From positions 1 through 55,687 of IMG/VR virus record IMGVR_UViG_3300025410_000022: a stretch of 55,687 nt of DNA; one strand, 5' to 3'. The notes below the pieces were generated by a model. It was given only the letters and a program-made list of their open reading frames with translations, did not search any database and had not been told where the DNA came from. This document shows positions 25,906 through 34,182 of the stretch, piece after piece (positions within the stretch are counted from its first letter, which is position 1; every line of letters begins with the position of its first letter). The position numbers were made by a program, and so were the translations under genes. The DNA is from a virus. Taxonomy: Duplodnaviria; Caudoviricetes.

Positions 25906-28377
25906 TTACTTCTTTGCAAACAGTTTCTTTTCATCTGGGGTCATATGGTCCCAGGTGTCTTGATCGATGTTATCCGGGCGCGGGACGTCCCCTACCCCGG
26001 CGGGCGCGCCCTTGCCGGTCTCAGGGTCGGTGCCATAAATCTGGGTGGTAGCGTTGCGGCTATCCTCCATAAGCTTGGCCGCGGCATCGCGCCGATCCTT
26101 CAACTTAACATAGGACCCGTAGTCCCGGTCGTGCGGGGATGGCGGTGAGCCTAGGTGCGTTTTCTCAATCTGGTGCATCTGCTCATTCGCCAGCGAGTGC
26201 TGGGTGGCGGCCTCACGGTAGTGCGCTTGAATGCCTTTGATCTTCTCGGCTTTCTGAGTGGCCTCGCGCCGGGCGTCCACCTCATACCGCTTATCTTCGC
26301 TGCGTTGCTGGAGGGCTGTATACTTATACTGCATCTCCGCCTCGTCCTTCTGGCGACGGTAGTCCAGCACGTTCTGCGCGGCCTTGTGGCGTTCGTCTAG
26401 GGTCAGGGTGAAATCGGCCTGCCGGTTCTCGTCCACCCGAATACGTTCATTCAAGGTGGCGTACTGGTATTGCAGCTTGGATTCCGCGATCCCCTTGCGG
26501 GCCTCGGCGGCTTCCTGCATTGCCATCTTGCGGGTGTCGATACCGTAGCGGGTATCCTCCGACCGGGCCTTGGCCTCGCGAGCGCGCTCCTCCAACTGGG
26601 CGGTCTTGACCTGCATCTCGTTCCGCGCCTTCTCTTCCACCAGGTCAAGACGGCGGGTGGTGGCGGCGTCACGGCTGGTGCGATCCAAAGTGCGGTCGTT
26701 TTCTCTGGCGGCAAACTCCAGGATTTGTTCGTCCAGCTTTTTGTTCTTGAACTCGGTCTCCAGTTTGAGGCGTTGGTCGCGGGTATCCGCGGCGCGCTGT
26801 AAGTAGGCCACCTTATCTTTTTCGTTTACGTCAGCCTGCTGGGCGCGGTGCTGGTCAGCCCACTCCCGTTCCTGGAGCGCCTTGGCCCGAAGATCAAACT
26901 CCCGCTGGTCGCGCTCCTGGTGGTACTTGATGGAATCGTCATGGGCCTGCGCCCGTTCGGCCGTACTAAGGCGTGAGTCCTGGGATCGCTGGTCGGCCTC
27001 TCTGGCCTTTTCCTGCAAGGTTAAAATCCCAAGGTGTTCTTTCAAGGCCAGGTTCTTAAAGAACTCGTTATTACGGTCGCGCTCAATATCGCGCTTCAGA
27101 TCAAGTTCATGCCCCCTATACGCCAGGGTGCCCTCATGGAACTCTTTCGAGTCCTTGATCTTTTCGAACTCGGCGTCGATCCGCTTACCGGCTTCTTCGT
27201 GCCGGTTCTCTTCATGGCGTTCGCCTAGGGAAATGCGCGCCCGGTTGAACTCCTCGTAGGCCTGCTCCTTGGCTTCCTGGATGGTAAGCTTGCGGTCGTT
27301 CTGGTCTAGCCCACGCTCACGCAGATCCAGCACCCGGTCCTGGTATTCCTTGGTCTGTTCAAGCTTGGCCCGGAACTCGGAATCTTTCAACTCGGCCAAT
27401 TTCCAAGAGGCGTCGATCCCCATCTGTTTGAGGAAGACGGAATTGGAAAGCTTCATACTAAGACGTTCGGTTTGTTCTTCCTGAACAAAATACTGCTTAT
27501 CTTTATAGGCGTCCCGGATATCCTGATGGAATGTAGGGTCTCTGAATGCCTTTTCTTTTAAACCAGGCGGGGGAGCGGGGTTCTTCATGGGGTCCCAATC
27601 AATTTTATTCCGCTCGGCATACGCCACAAGCGCCGCGTAATTAGGGTCTTTTTGAAGTTCCGCGATGTCTTTCTTTTTGTTCCAAACGAACTGATCCATC
27701 CGTAAAGAATAGTCGCGGGCGTTCTCATAGGCCCGTTGCCGGGCGTCCATCACTTTCTGAACTTGTTCAAGTTCCCACCGGCCGGTCATGATTCTGTTTT
27801 GGTATTGGGCTCCGAGGGCCGTTAGCTTGCCGTACATTTCGTCGTAATGCATCTTGTCGTCATTGACGATAGCCTGGTACCGGGTCCACTCTTCCTGGTG
27901 CATACGGAAGGCTTCTTCGGAAGAATCTTTCCAGGCTCTATAATGGGCCTCAAACTCGTCCATCTTGCCCTTCTTGAAGGCCTTCATGGCTTCAGCCCCG
28001 GCATTAAGCGCGGTGGTCATGTGAGCGCGGGCACCAAAAGAAGCGAGAGCGGCAAAGATCAAACCAGTGCTGCCCAACATTTCAGACGGGTCGGGCTCTT
28101 GGTACTCAGGAGCCTTCTCCCGCTTGAACGGTTGGGGGATGCTGTCTTTATTATTGTGGAGTTGCAACCCCATGATCTGTTTGTTGACGGTATCTAACCC
28201 TTGCTCGCCTGTCGCCATATCCGCTTTGGCCTTCTCGGCCAGAGGCTGAAGGTCTTTGCTTGAAGTGGGTTTCTGGGGGTTAAGAGCAAGATTAATCCCG
28301 GCAAAACCGGGGGAGCCAGAATAAGAATCCACCAACGCCTGGGCGGAAGGCTGATCCTGTTGCTGTTGGTCGGCCAT
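25906..28377 (-). CDS. Internal virion / ejection protein with long charged coiled coil
   Basis: One hydrophobic hairpin followed by several hundred E/R/K/Q-rich residues. Confidence 0.7.
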   Translation of the reverse strand: MADQQQQDQPSAQALVDSYSGSPGFAGINLALNPQKPTSSKDLQPLAEKAKADMATGEQGLDTVNKQIMGLQLHNNKDSIPQPFKREKAPEYQEPDPSEMLGSTGLIFAALASFGARAHMTTALNAGAEAMKAFKKGKMDEFEAHYRAWKDSSEEAFRMHQEEWTRYQAIVNDDKMHYDEMYGKLTALGAQYQNRIMTGRWELEQVQKVMDARQRAYENARDYSLRMDQFVWNKKKDIAELQKDPNYAALVAYAERNKIDWDPMKNPAPPPGLKEKAFRDPTFHQDIRDAYKDKQYFVQEEQTERLSMKLSNSVFLKQMGIDASWKLAELKDSEFRAKLEQTKEYQDRVLDLRERGLDQNDRKLTIQEAKEQAYEEFNRARISLGERHEENRHEEAGKRIDAEFEKIKDSKEFHEGTLAYRGHELDLKRDIERDRNNEFFKNLALKEHLGILTLQEKAREADQRSQDSRLSTAERAQAHDDSIKYHQERDQREFDLRAKALQEREWADQHRAQQADVNEKDKVAYLQRAADTRDQRLKLETEFKNKKLDEQILEFAARENDRTLDRTSRDAATTRRLDLVEEKARNEMQVKTAQLEERAREAKARSEDTRYGIDTRKMAMQEAAEARKGIAESKLQYQYATLNERIRVDENRQADFTLTLDERHKAAQNVLDYRRQKDEAEMQYKYTALQQRSEDKRYEVDARREATQKAEKIKGIQAHYREAATQHSLANEQMHQIEKTHLGSPPSPHDRDYGSYVKLKDRRDAAAKLMEDSRNATTQIYGTDPETGKGAPAGVGDVPRPDNIDQDTWDHMTPDEKKLFAKK

Positions 28378-28383
28378 AGCTTA

Positions 28384-30462
28384 TCACCCTGCGGGGTTAT
28401 TGGAGCGGAAGAGGCTGCCCGACCCGCCACCCGCCAGGGCGCTGGCAAAATTAGCGATGGATTGGGACAGTTGGTTATCCTGTGCGACGTTCTGTTGAAC
28501 GACCTGACCGAGCAGCGCATCGCCTTGTGTGACTTGTTGGGCTCCAGCTTGGTACAGGGCCGTAAGGATTTGCTGCTGTTTCTGTTGGGCCTGCAACTGA
28601 ACTTGCTGAATTGCCTGCTGCTCCATGGTTGACCCTGACAAGCCCATTTGCGCGTAGGACGCCCGGACTTGGGCAATACCCTGTTGAAGCTGTTGATCAA
28701 GCAATTGCTGTTCGCCCGCCGGGAGAGTGCCGGTGGTGAGGTAATTTTCGTTGGTTTGACCTTGAGCAAGAATGTTTTGGGCATTAGCGTTCAATTGAGC
28801 CTGCCCTTTAACGGGTTGATTGCCTATGAGTGCGCTAGCCCCAAGAAGGCCCCCGCCAAACAGGGTGCTGGCTGGGATGTTTGTTGCCGCGCTGAACAGA
28901 TCGCCCCCGGCGGCACCAAGGTTGCCCTGGCCGAGGTCGTTGACGAATTGTTGCATGTTGTTCACTTTATTGCCTCCTGCGCCACCGCCGCCGCCGCCGC
29001 CGCCGGTTCCCTCGCCGCTCGGGCTACTGCCTGGTGCATTGCCGTTAATCTGATTAAGCGTTGTGTCTCCGGGGGATGCCCCCGTACTGAAAACCGACGC
29101 CGCTGGCGGGGCCGTATCCGACCCAAACAGGGACTGGACTAAACCTTGGGTTGGCGTTGTCGCCGTACCGCCGGGGGCTGCGAAACTACCAGACCTCGGA
29201 TCCGCCAGCACTTGGTTTTGTAGTGGCGAATTACCCGGAAGGTTCGCAGTGGACCCCGTCCTGATGCTGTTGACATCCGTCGGGGCCGATGCCGGGGTAT
29301 ATCCAGCACTGAGGTCCGGTGACGGGTATTGCGCCGTGTTTATATTCTGCCCCGTGTTCAGCGTACTCTGTGTCTGTAGCGGCGACGAAGTAACCGGGGC
29401 GTGGGTCGGGTCCACCGGGGTGAGAGCGTTGGGGTCGCCCCCAGCGCCGAGCGGTTGATCAAGGGGGTTGCCCCCGCTGGATAGCGGGTCCGGTGTCGGG
29501 GTGAGCGTATCACTGCTGGCCGTGGGGGTCGCGCCGTTATACGTCGCGTTTGTCTGGGCGGTGGGGCTGGCCCCGAAATCGATCCCCGACCCTTGAACCC
29601 CGCCGACTTGTTGCGCGGATAGGGTATCTGGCGCGTTGAACGACGCCGGGGGTGTGTCTGACGTGATCGAGGCTAAGGACCGCGCATCACCACCGAAGTT
29701 CGGAGTCCCGTTGGCCTGACCGGGATTTGCCAAGGCACTTACTGCTTGCCCGTTGGTAGGACCCCCGTAATTTGCATTGCCTGCATCTGCGCCCGTGCCG
29801 GGGATCGTAGAAGCCACGGCAGAAGTTTCTGAGGGGTTGATGTTTGAGGGGATTACGCCGGTGTCGCCCGCGTTGATTGCCGCAGGATTACCCCCACCGG
29901 CGGCTCCCGCGCCGCCGGGGGCTGCGCTTGTCGCGCCCGTATTTGCCACAACCCCGCCCGAAGGCGTGGTTGCATTGCCCGTTGCAGCAACATTGTTGGC
30001 ATTGATGTCCGTGGGACTGGACCCGAAAACATCCCCGAGGTTTACGTTAGCGGCGATACCACCCCCGACGCCCCCGGTCAAAGCCCCCAGCCCAAGATTG
30101 CCGCCGCTGATCCCCGCTTGGAAGAGGCCGCCTGCGGCCCCGCCGACAATACCGGGGATGGTAGCTGCGCCAGTTTGCCCTGCGGCCCCGGCAATACCCG
30201 CCCCTGCGGGGCCAAGACCCGCACCAAGGCCGCCGCCGACGAGACCGCCTGCAAACCCAAACCCAGCACCTTCAAAAATATTACCGCCGGTCGCCGCCGC
30301 TTGGATGCCGCCAAGACCCGCGCCAACATAGGCTGCGGTGGCAGCGGCTTCGCCAATAGCGGCAGCGTCCGCTGCGGCAATGACGGAAGACGTAACGCCA
30401 ATTTCCGTCGCAACGGCGGACACAGCTTCAACAACGGTAGTGACTGCGGCTGCAACGCCCAT
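28384..30462 (-). CDS. Internal virion / DNA pilot-like protein
   Basis: Gly-zipper N-terminus, disordered P/T/S/N middle, Q-rich C-terminus with YAQMGLSGST. Confidence 0.75.
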   Translation of the reverse strand: MGVAAAVTTVVEAVSAVATEIGVTSSVIAAADAAAIGEAAATAAYVGAGLGGIQAAATGGNIFEGAGFGFAGGLVGGGLGAGLGPAGAGIAGAAGQTGAATIPGIVGGAAGGLFQAGISGGNLGLGALTGGVGGGIAANVNLGDVFGSSPTDINANNVAATGNATTPSGGVVANTGATSAAPGGAGAAGGGNPAAINAGDTGVIPSNINPSETSAVASTIPGTGADAGNANYGGPTNGQAVSALANPGQANGTPNFGGDARSLASITSDTPPASFNAPDTLSAQQVGGVQGSGIDFGASPTAQTNATYNGATPTASSDTLTPTPDPLSSGGNPLDQPLGAGGDPNALTPVDPTHAPVTSSPLQTQSTLNTGQNINTAQYPSPDLSAGYTPASAPTDVNSIRTGSTANLPGNSPLQNQVLADPRSGSFAAPGGTATTPTQGLVQSLFGSDTAPPAASVFSTGASPGDTTLNQINGNAPGSSPSGEGTGGGGGGGGAGGNKVNNMQQFVNDLGQGNLGAAGGDLFSAATNIPASTLFGGGLLGASALIGNQPVKGQAQLNANAQNILAQGQTNENYLTTGTLPAGEQQLLDQQLQQGIAQVRASYAQMGLSGSTMEQQAIQQVQLQAQQKQQQILTALYQAGAQQVTQGDALLGQVVQQNVAQDNQLSQSIANFASALAGGGSGSLFRSNNPAG

Positions 30463-30465
30463 GAC

Positions 30466-31533
30466 CTACTCCGAAAGATCAATACGCTGAAGATGCCCAC
30501 CAGGCTCGGCACCCAGACGTTTATAGAGTATATCCAATTTAGGCCCAGAAGCCAGCACCCCAGATCGCACCCAAACTTCCCCGACATTTTTGGTTTTCAG
30601 TCTGGCAATTGCGTGGCGTTGAAGTTTAAGACCTAGCCCTGGTATCAACGGCGAAGCGTAGAATGCCATATTATACGCGGTCAATCCATCCCGCTTGGTG
30701 AGGTCAGCCCCGATGGCCGTCAACAGGTACCCATAAATTTTGCCGTTGCTTCTGGCCGTCACCACTTGAAGGTTACCCTTGGCATACATGCGTTCAAAGG
30801 CGGGCTCATTCTTATTTTCCCAATTCATAGGGGATTCCCCGATGGCGACCAAATGCTCTTTCATCAGCGGTATGGTTTCGGTCCACCATTTGCGAACGTC
30901 TTCTTCCTCAATCACGACACCCTCTATGTTTTTGGGGGCTTTAAGATGCATGTCGGTGATCGTCTGCTGGGTGATCATCTGCGACATCTTGATCATCTGA
31001 GGAAAATAAGCGCGGGTTTGGCGGATGTAAGGCTCCATCTTCGGGCTTAGAATTTTGTCATGCCAATAAGCCCACCAGCCTTCCGGGCACGGGCGTCCAA
31101 GCAAATGTTGGAAAACCGATTCACAAGTTTCTTGGGAAGTCAAACCATCGAAGGTACATTCTTGTACGTTCGGCAAACGCTTGGCGATCTGGTCAAGCTT
31201 GCGGTATTGCCGCCATATGGCGCGGGTCATGTAGGTAATGTCGAACTCCACCCCCTGCCGCTGCAAAGAGTCGATGATCTCATCAGCGGGGCGGCGCAAG
31301 GTTGCTACACGGGCGTTGGGGGCATACCGTTCCAAAGACCTCCACCATGAAGCCGCCGCGGTCTCTACCGTCCCAATGTCCGGTTGGCTGAACCAGGATT
31401 TGATGTCGTCAAAGCTACGGGAATGGCAAAGCTGATCGTGCCCGCAAAGAGTGGCCCCTTCCGTCAAGAAGGCACTAAGCCAGGTACTGCGAGACCGCGA
31501 AGTGGAAAAAACGATAAACGGCGGGGCCGTCAC
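30466..31533 (-). CDS. Sulfotransferase-like P-loop domain fused to a GNAT-like domain
   Basis: N: FIVFSTSRSRSTWLSAFL, TLRRPADEIIDSL, TFDGL..QETCESVFQHL. C: PLMKEH, VVTARSNGKIYGY, FYASP...GLGLKL, LYKRLG. Confidence 0.7.
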   Translation of the reverse strand: MTAPPFIVFSTSRSRSTWLSAFLTEGATLCGHDQLCHSRSFDDIKSWFSQPDIGTVETAAASWWRSLERYAPNARVATLRRPADEIIDSLQRQGVEFDITYMTRAIWRQYRKLDQIAKRLPNVQECTFDGLTSQETCESVFQHLLGRPCPEGWWAYWHDKILSPKMEPYIRQTRAYFPQMIKMSQMITQQTITDMHLKAPKNIEGVVIEEEDVRKWWTETIPLMKEHLVAIGESPMNWENKNEPAFERMYAKGNLQVVTARSNGKIYGYLLTAIGADLTKRDGLTAYNMAFYASPLIPGLGLKLQRHAIARLKTKNVGEVWVRSGVLASGPKLDILYKRLGAEPGGHLQRIDLSE

Positions 31534-32027
31534 CGCAAGACCACCGTGGTGATAAAGCTGGGCTCACCCTCGTCGCCCTCACCGTCATGGATGAATTTCA
31601 CCGCATTGGTAGAGGTTGCCCAATCCCGCATAGCCTTGAGCAGAACGGCGCGGTCCTTGGGGCCACCGACGGTGAAAATTTCGTGGACGACCATGTCCGG
31701 TTCCCACATCGTGATCTTGGTTTGGGCCAGCCCGAAGCCGGTCTTGGTACGGAAGAGCGCGAAGTCCCGCTGCCGCTGCATGGCACAGAGCCAAGAGGGG
31801 ATGCGGTCGATGTCCATTTTGGGATAAAGGGCCGCAATCATCGGAGCCAGCCACTCGGCGGAACCTGTGATGTCGGCCTCGGTGGCCCGCCAAATTTCCG
31901 GCGGCGCGACGGGTTTAAATGCCCGGATGAGGGCGTCTTCCAAGAGGATTGGTTTCTTTGGCGGCGGGGCCTTGACGGCGGGTTTGAGATAGTTAGTGGC
32001 GGGCAGATCAATCGGCATCTCTGTCAT
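31530..32027 (-). CDS. Hypothetical protein, possibly degenerate GNAT fold
   Basis: IWRATEADI; LLKAMRDWA; position before the ejection genes. Confidence 0.55.
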   Translation of the reverse strand: MTEMPIDLPATNYLKPAVKAPPPKKPILLEDALIRAFKPVAPPEIWRATEADITGSAEWLAPMIAALYPKMDIDRIPSWLCAMQRQRDFALFRTKTGFGLAQTKITMWEPDMVVHEIFTVGGPKDRAVLLKAMRDWATSTNAVKFIHDGEGDEGEPSFITTVVLR

Positions 32028-32362
32028 CCTGTCAGGTTAAGGATTGAACGGGCTTGCATATGTTCCTGGTAGTGCAGGAGAAGCCATGTTGCGACTTGGT
32101 CCGGTTTGGTAAAATCGACGGACGTCAAATCATTGCTTGGAATGTTAAGCACTTGATCCATGTCATTATGCATAGCCTGATGTTTCCACAGCCACGACGA
32201 TATGTCTTTCTGGGGCATAGGATCAATGACGTAAACATTAAGGGCGATGTTTTTCCGGGTGTAGATCGCGGTAACTATATTGCGATGCTCTGCCATATTG
32301 TTGAACGACCAGAAACCTAGGTCCCGGTCATCCATGGGGTTATTCAACAGGCCGGGAAGCAT
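32024..32362 (-). CDS. His-rich hypothetical protein
   Basis: EH...WLWKHQAMH...WLLLHYQEH. Confidence 0.7.
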   Translation of the reverse strand: MLPGLLNNPMDDRDLGFWSFNNMAEHRNIVTAIYTRKNIALNVYVIDPMPQKDISSWLWKHQAMHNDMDQVLNIPSNDLTSVDFTKPDQVATWLLLHYQEHMQARSILNLTG

Positions 32363-32363
32363 C

Positions 32364-32441
32364 TTAGCGGTCTTTCCAAAGCACCACGGCAACGGCGCAT
32401 ATTGCGCCTATGCCAACTATATATCCTAGGATCGAAACCAT
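32364..32441 (-). CDS. 25-aa single-TM micropeptide (absent from ORF track)
   Basis: AAGGAAGG RBS; MVSILGYIVGIGAICAVAVVLWKDR*. Confidence 0.55.
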   Translation of the reverse strand: MVSILGYIVGIGAICAVAVVLWKDR

Positions 32442-32499
32442 TTCGGCACCTTCCTTGGCGGTGGGTCTCTGCGTTTGTCATCGTGAGGTTGCGGGCGCA

Positions 32500-33030
32500 T
32501 CAGGCCACCCCGAGGGCGTCCTTGGCTTCCGCCCAACATTGCAACCGATCCTGATACCCGTTGAGTCCGCCGTTGATTCGTTTAGTGATGGTTTCAAAAT
32601 CACCGTTATCGGCAAAAGCGTTTAGCCCTCGCCTCTCCCAGAATAAAGCAGCAGACCATGCCGCGTAAAGGGGGGCCGTCAGCATGTCGGGTTCGGCAAT
32701 GAGATCGACGTTCATAAGATCGCCGTAGGTTTTATAGTTCGCCCGCCCCGTGATCTGGATCAAACCGCGGCCTTTGAACCGGGGGCCATCTCCTGGCTCG
32801 GTATTACCGAGGTCGGCGCGACCCTCATACGCATTGCCAGAGGCGATCTCTTCAACGTAATGGAGGCTACCGCTCTCATGGGCGATCTGCGCCAGGAAGG
32901 CTGCGATACGCTCGGGGGTGTTGACGCCGCATTCATCGCAGGCGTCGGATATGGGCTGGGCAAACCGTGCCACATTGTCGGCGCTGGCGTGGGGCATTGC
33001 GGCCTTGAGTTGGTCTGCTGTAACGCCCAT
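32500..33030 (-). CDS. Endolysin, glycoside hydrolase family 19
   Basis: RIAAFLAQIAHESG, EE, DGPRFKGRGLIQITGRANY, ITKRINGGLNGYQDR. Confidence 0.95.
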   Translation of the reverse strand: MGVTADQLKAAMPHASADNVARFAQPISDACDECGVNTPERIAAFLAQIAHESGSLHYVEEIASGNAYEGRADLGNTEPGDGPRFKGRGLIQITGRANYKTYGDLMNVDLIAEPDMLTAPLYAAWSAALFWERRGLNAFADNGDFETITKRINGGLNGYQDRLQCWAEAKDALGVA

Positions 33031-33032
33031 GG

Positions 33033-33266
33033 TTAGTTTTTCCAAAAATGGTCGATGGCAAGTCCGACGGCGGTGCCAACAGCGGCGAAGATACCACCCG
33101 CTAGGGACGCTTGCCCTTTGGTCTTGGCGATTTCGGTGGCGTGGCTTTTGCTTTCTTCGAACAGTATGTTGATCTGCCCAGAATGCGTTTCGGTGCGTTG
33201 GAGTGCCTTGGACAAGTCACCCTTTATTTCCCAAAGGAGTTTTCTGATTTCTTCTTGGTCGGTCAT
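33033..33266 (-). CDS. Holin-like protein (coiled coil plus C-terminal TM)
   Basis: LAGGIFAAVGTAVGLAI; directly upstream of the endolysin. Confidence 0.6.
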   Translation of the reverse strand: MTDQEEIRKLLWEIKGDLSKALQRTETHSGQINILFEESKSHATEIAKTKGQASLAGGIFAAVGTAVGLAIDHFWKN

Positions 33267-33727
33267 AGCACCACACATCCAACAAAAGTGAACCCTGCGG
33301 CCGCGCCTGCGGCCAATTCATAATAGGCTTCCCACCCATCAATAAAGTTGTTTGGACCCCAGGTGGGGACTTGCTTGTTGAAAAGAAGCGCCGCTACCAA
33401 AACCGGGAACGCCCCTGCGGGGGCAACCCACCAGCAACTCGTCAAAGCCGCGACCGCAACGGGGAAAGGCAAGAACCGAGCCGCCAACAAAGGAAGCTTC
33501 TCATAGTTCTGCCCTAGCAGCATATCCCCATATAGGAGGGCCGCGAGAACCGGGGCAATCCAAAAATCCGGGGTCATAAAATAATGGATGCCTGCGGGGA
33601 CCAACAGAAGGGAGAACAGAACAACGCACATGGAATGTGTGATACCAAAGCCGCCGCCCCATCCGCCCATCAAGTGACGGACCATCGCTCCATAAACCGT
33701 GGCAAGGATGATGATTAGAGCGGTCAT
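33263..33727 (-). CDS. Multi-pass membrane protein
   Basis: Four to five hydrophobic segments. Confidence 0.7.
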   Translation of the reverse strand: MTALIIILATVYGAMVRHLMGGWGGGFGITHSMCVVLFSLLLVPAGIHYFMTPDFWIAPVLAALLYGDMLLGQNYEKLPLLAARFLPFPVAVAALTSCWWVAPAGAFPVLVAALLFNKQVPTWGPNNFIDGWEAYYELAAGAAAGFTFVGCVVL

Positions 33728-34182
33728 AACGCACCTATCTGTGTCGTTGTAAGCCCCGCTTCTTGGGTGCTTGTTAGAACCGCCACTTGAGTAGTGGTAA
33801 ACGCCGTCATCTGAGTTGAAGTGAGAGCGTCGATTGATGTTGAGGTCAGTCCACTCAATTGAGTTGCATTCAATGCCTGTATTTGCGTCACGTTGTCAGT
33901 GAGCAAATCAAGGTTGGCCCGAAGCGCGGCGATTTGGGCGTTAACATTTGCTAGCCACCCGCCATCAGTCCCAAGCATCGCCTCCCGCATACGGCGTTGG
34001 GAAACAGTGGCTTCCAGCGCGGCAATTTGTGCCAGGATAGGGGTGTTACGAGTGGCAGCGGTGGCAGTCCATGCCGCGCCATCCCAAGTGTAGGTCGCGT
34101 CAGGACGTTGCGGGACGGGTACACTGCCGGGGATTGCGTCACCTTCATGGTAGCCGAGTTCTGGATTGATGTAGTAGCCCAT
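33724..34182 (-). CDS. Tail-fibre-associated protein with C-terminal LT(S/T)TQ repeats
   Basis: VPQRPDATYTWDGAAW, QIAALEAT..RRMRE; TAATG coupling to the fibre gene. Confidence 0.7.
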   Translation of the reverse strand: MGYYINPELGYHEGDAIPGSVPVPQRPDATYTWDGAAWTATAATRNTPILAQIAALEATVSQRRMREAMLGTDGGWLANVNAQIAALRANLDLLTDNVTQIQALNATQLSGLTSTSIDALTSTQMTAFTTTQVAVLTSTQEAGLTTTQIGAL

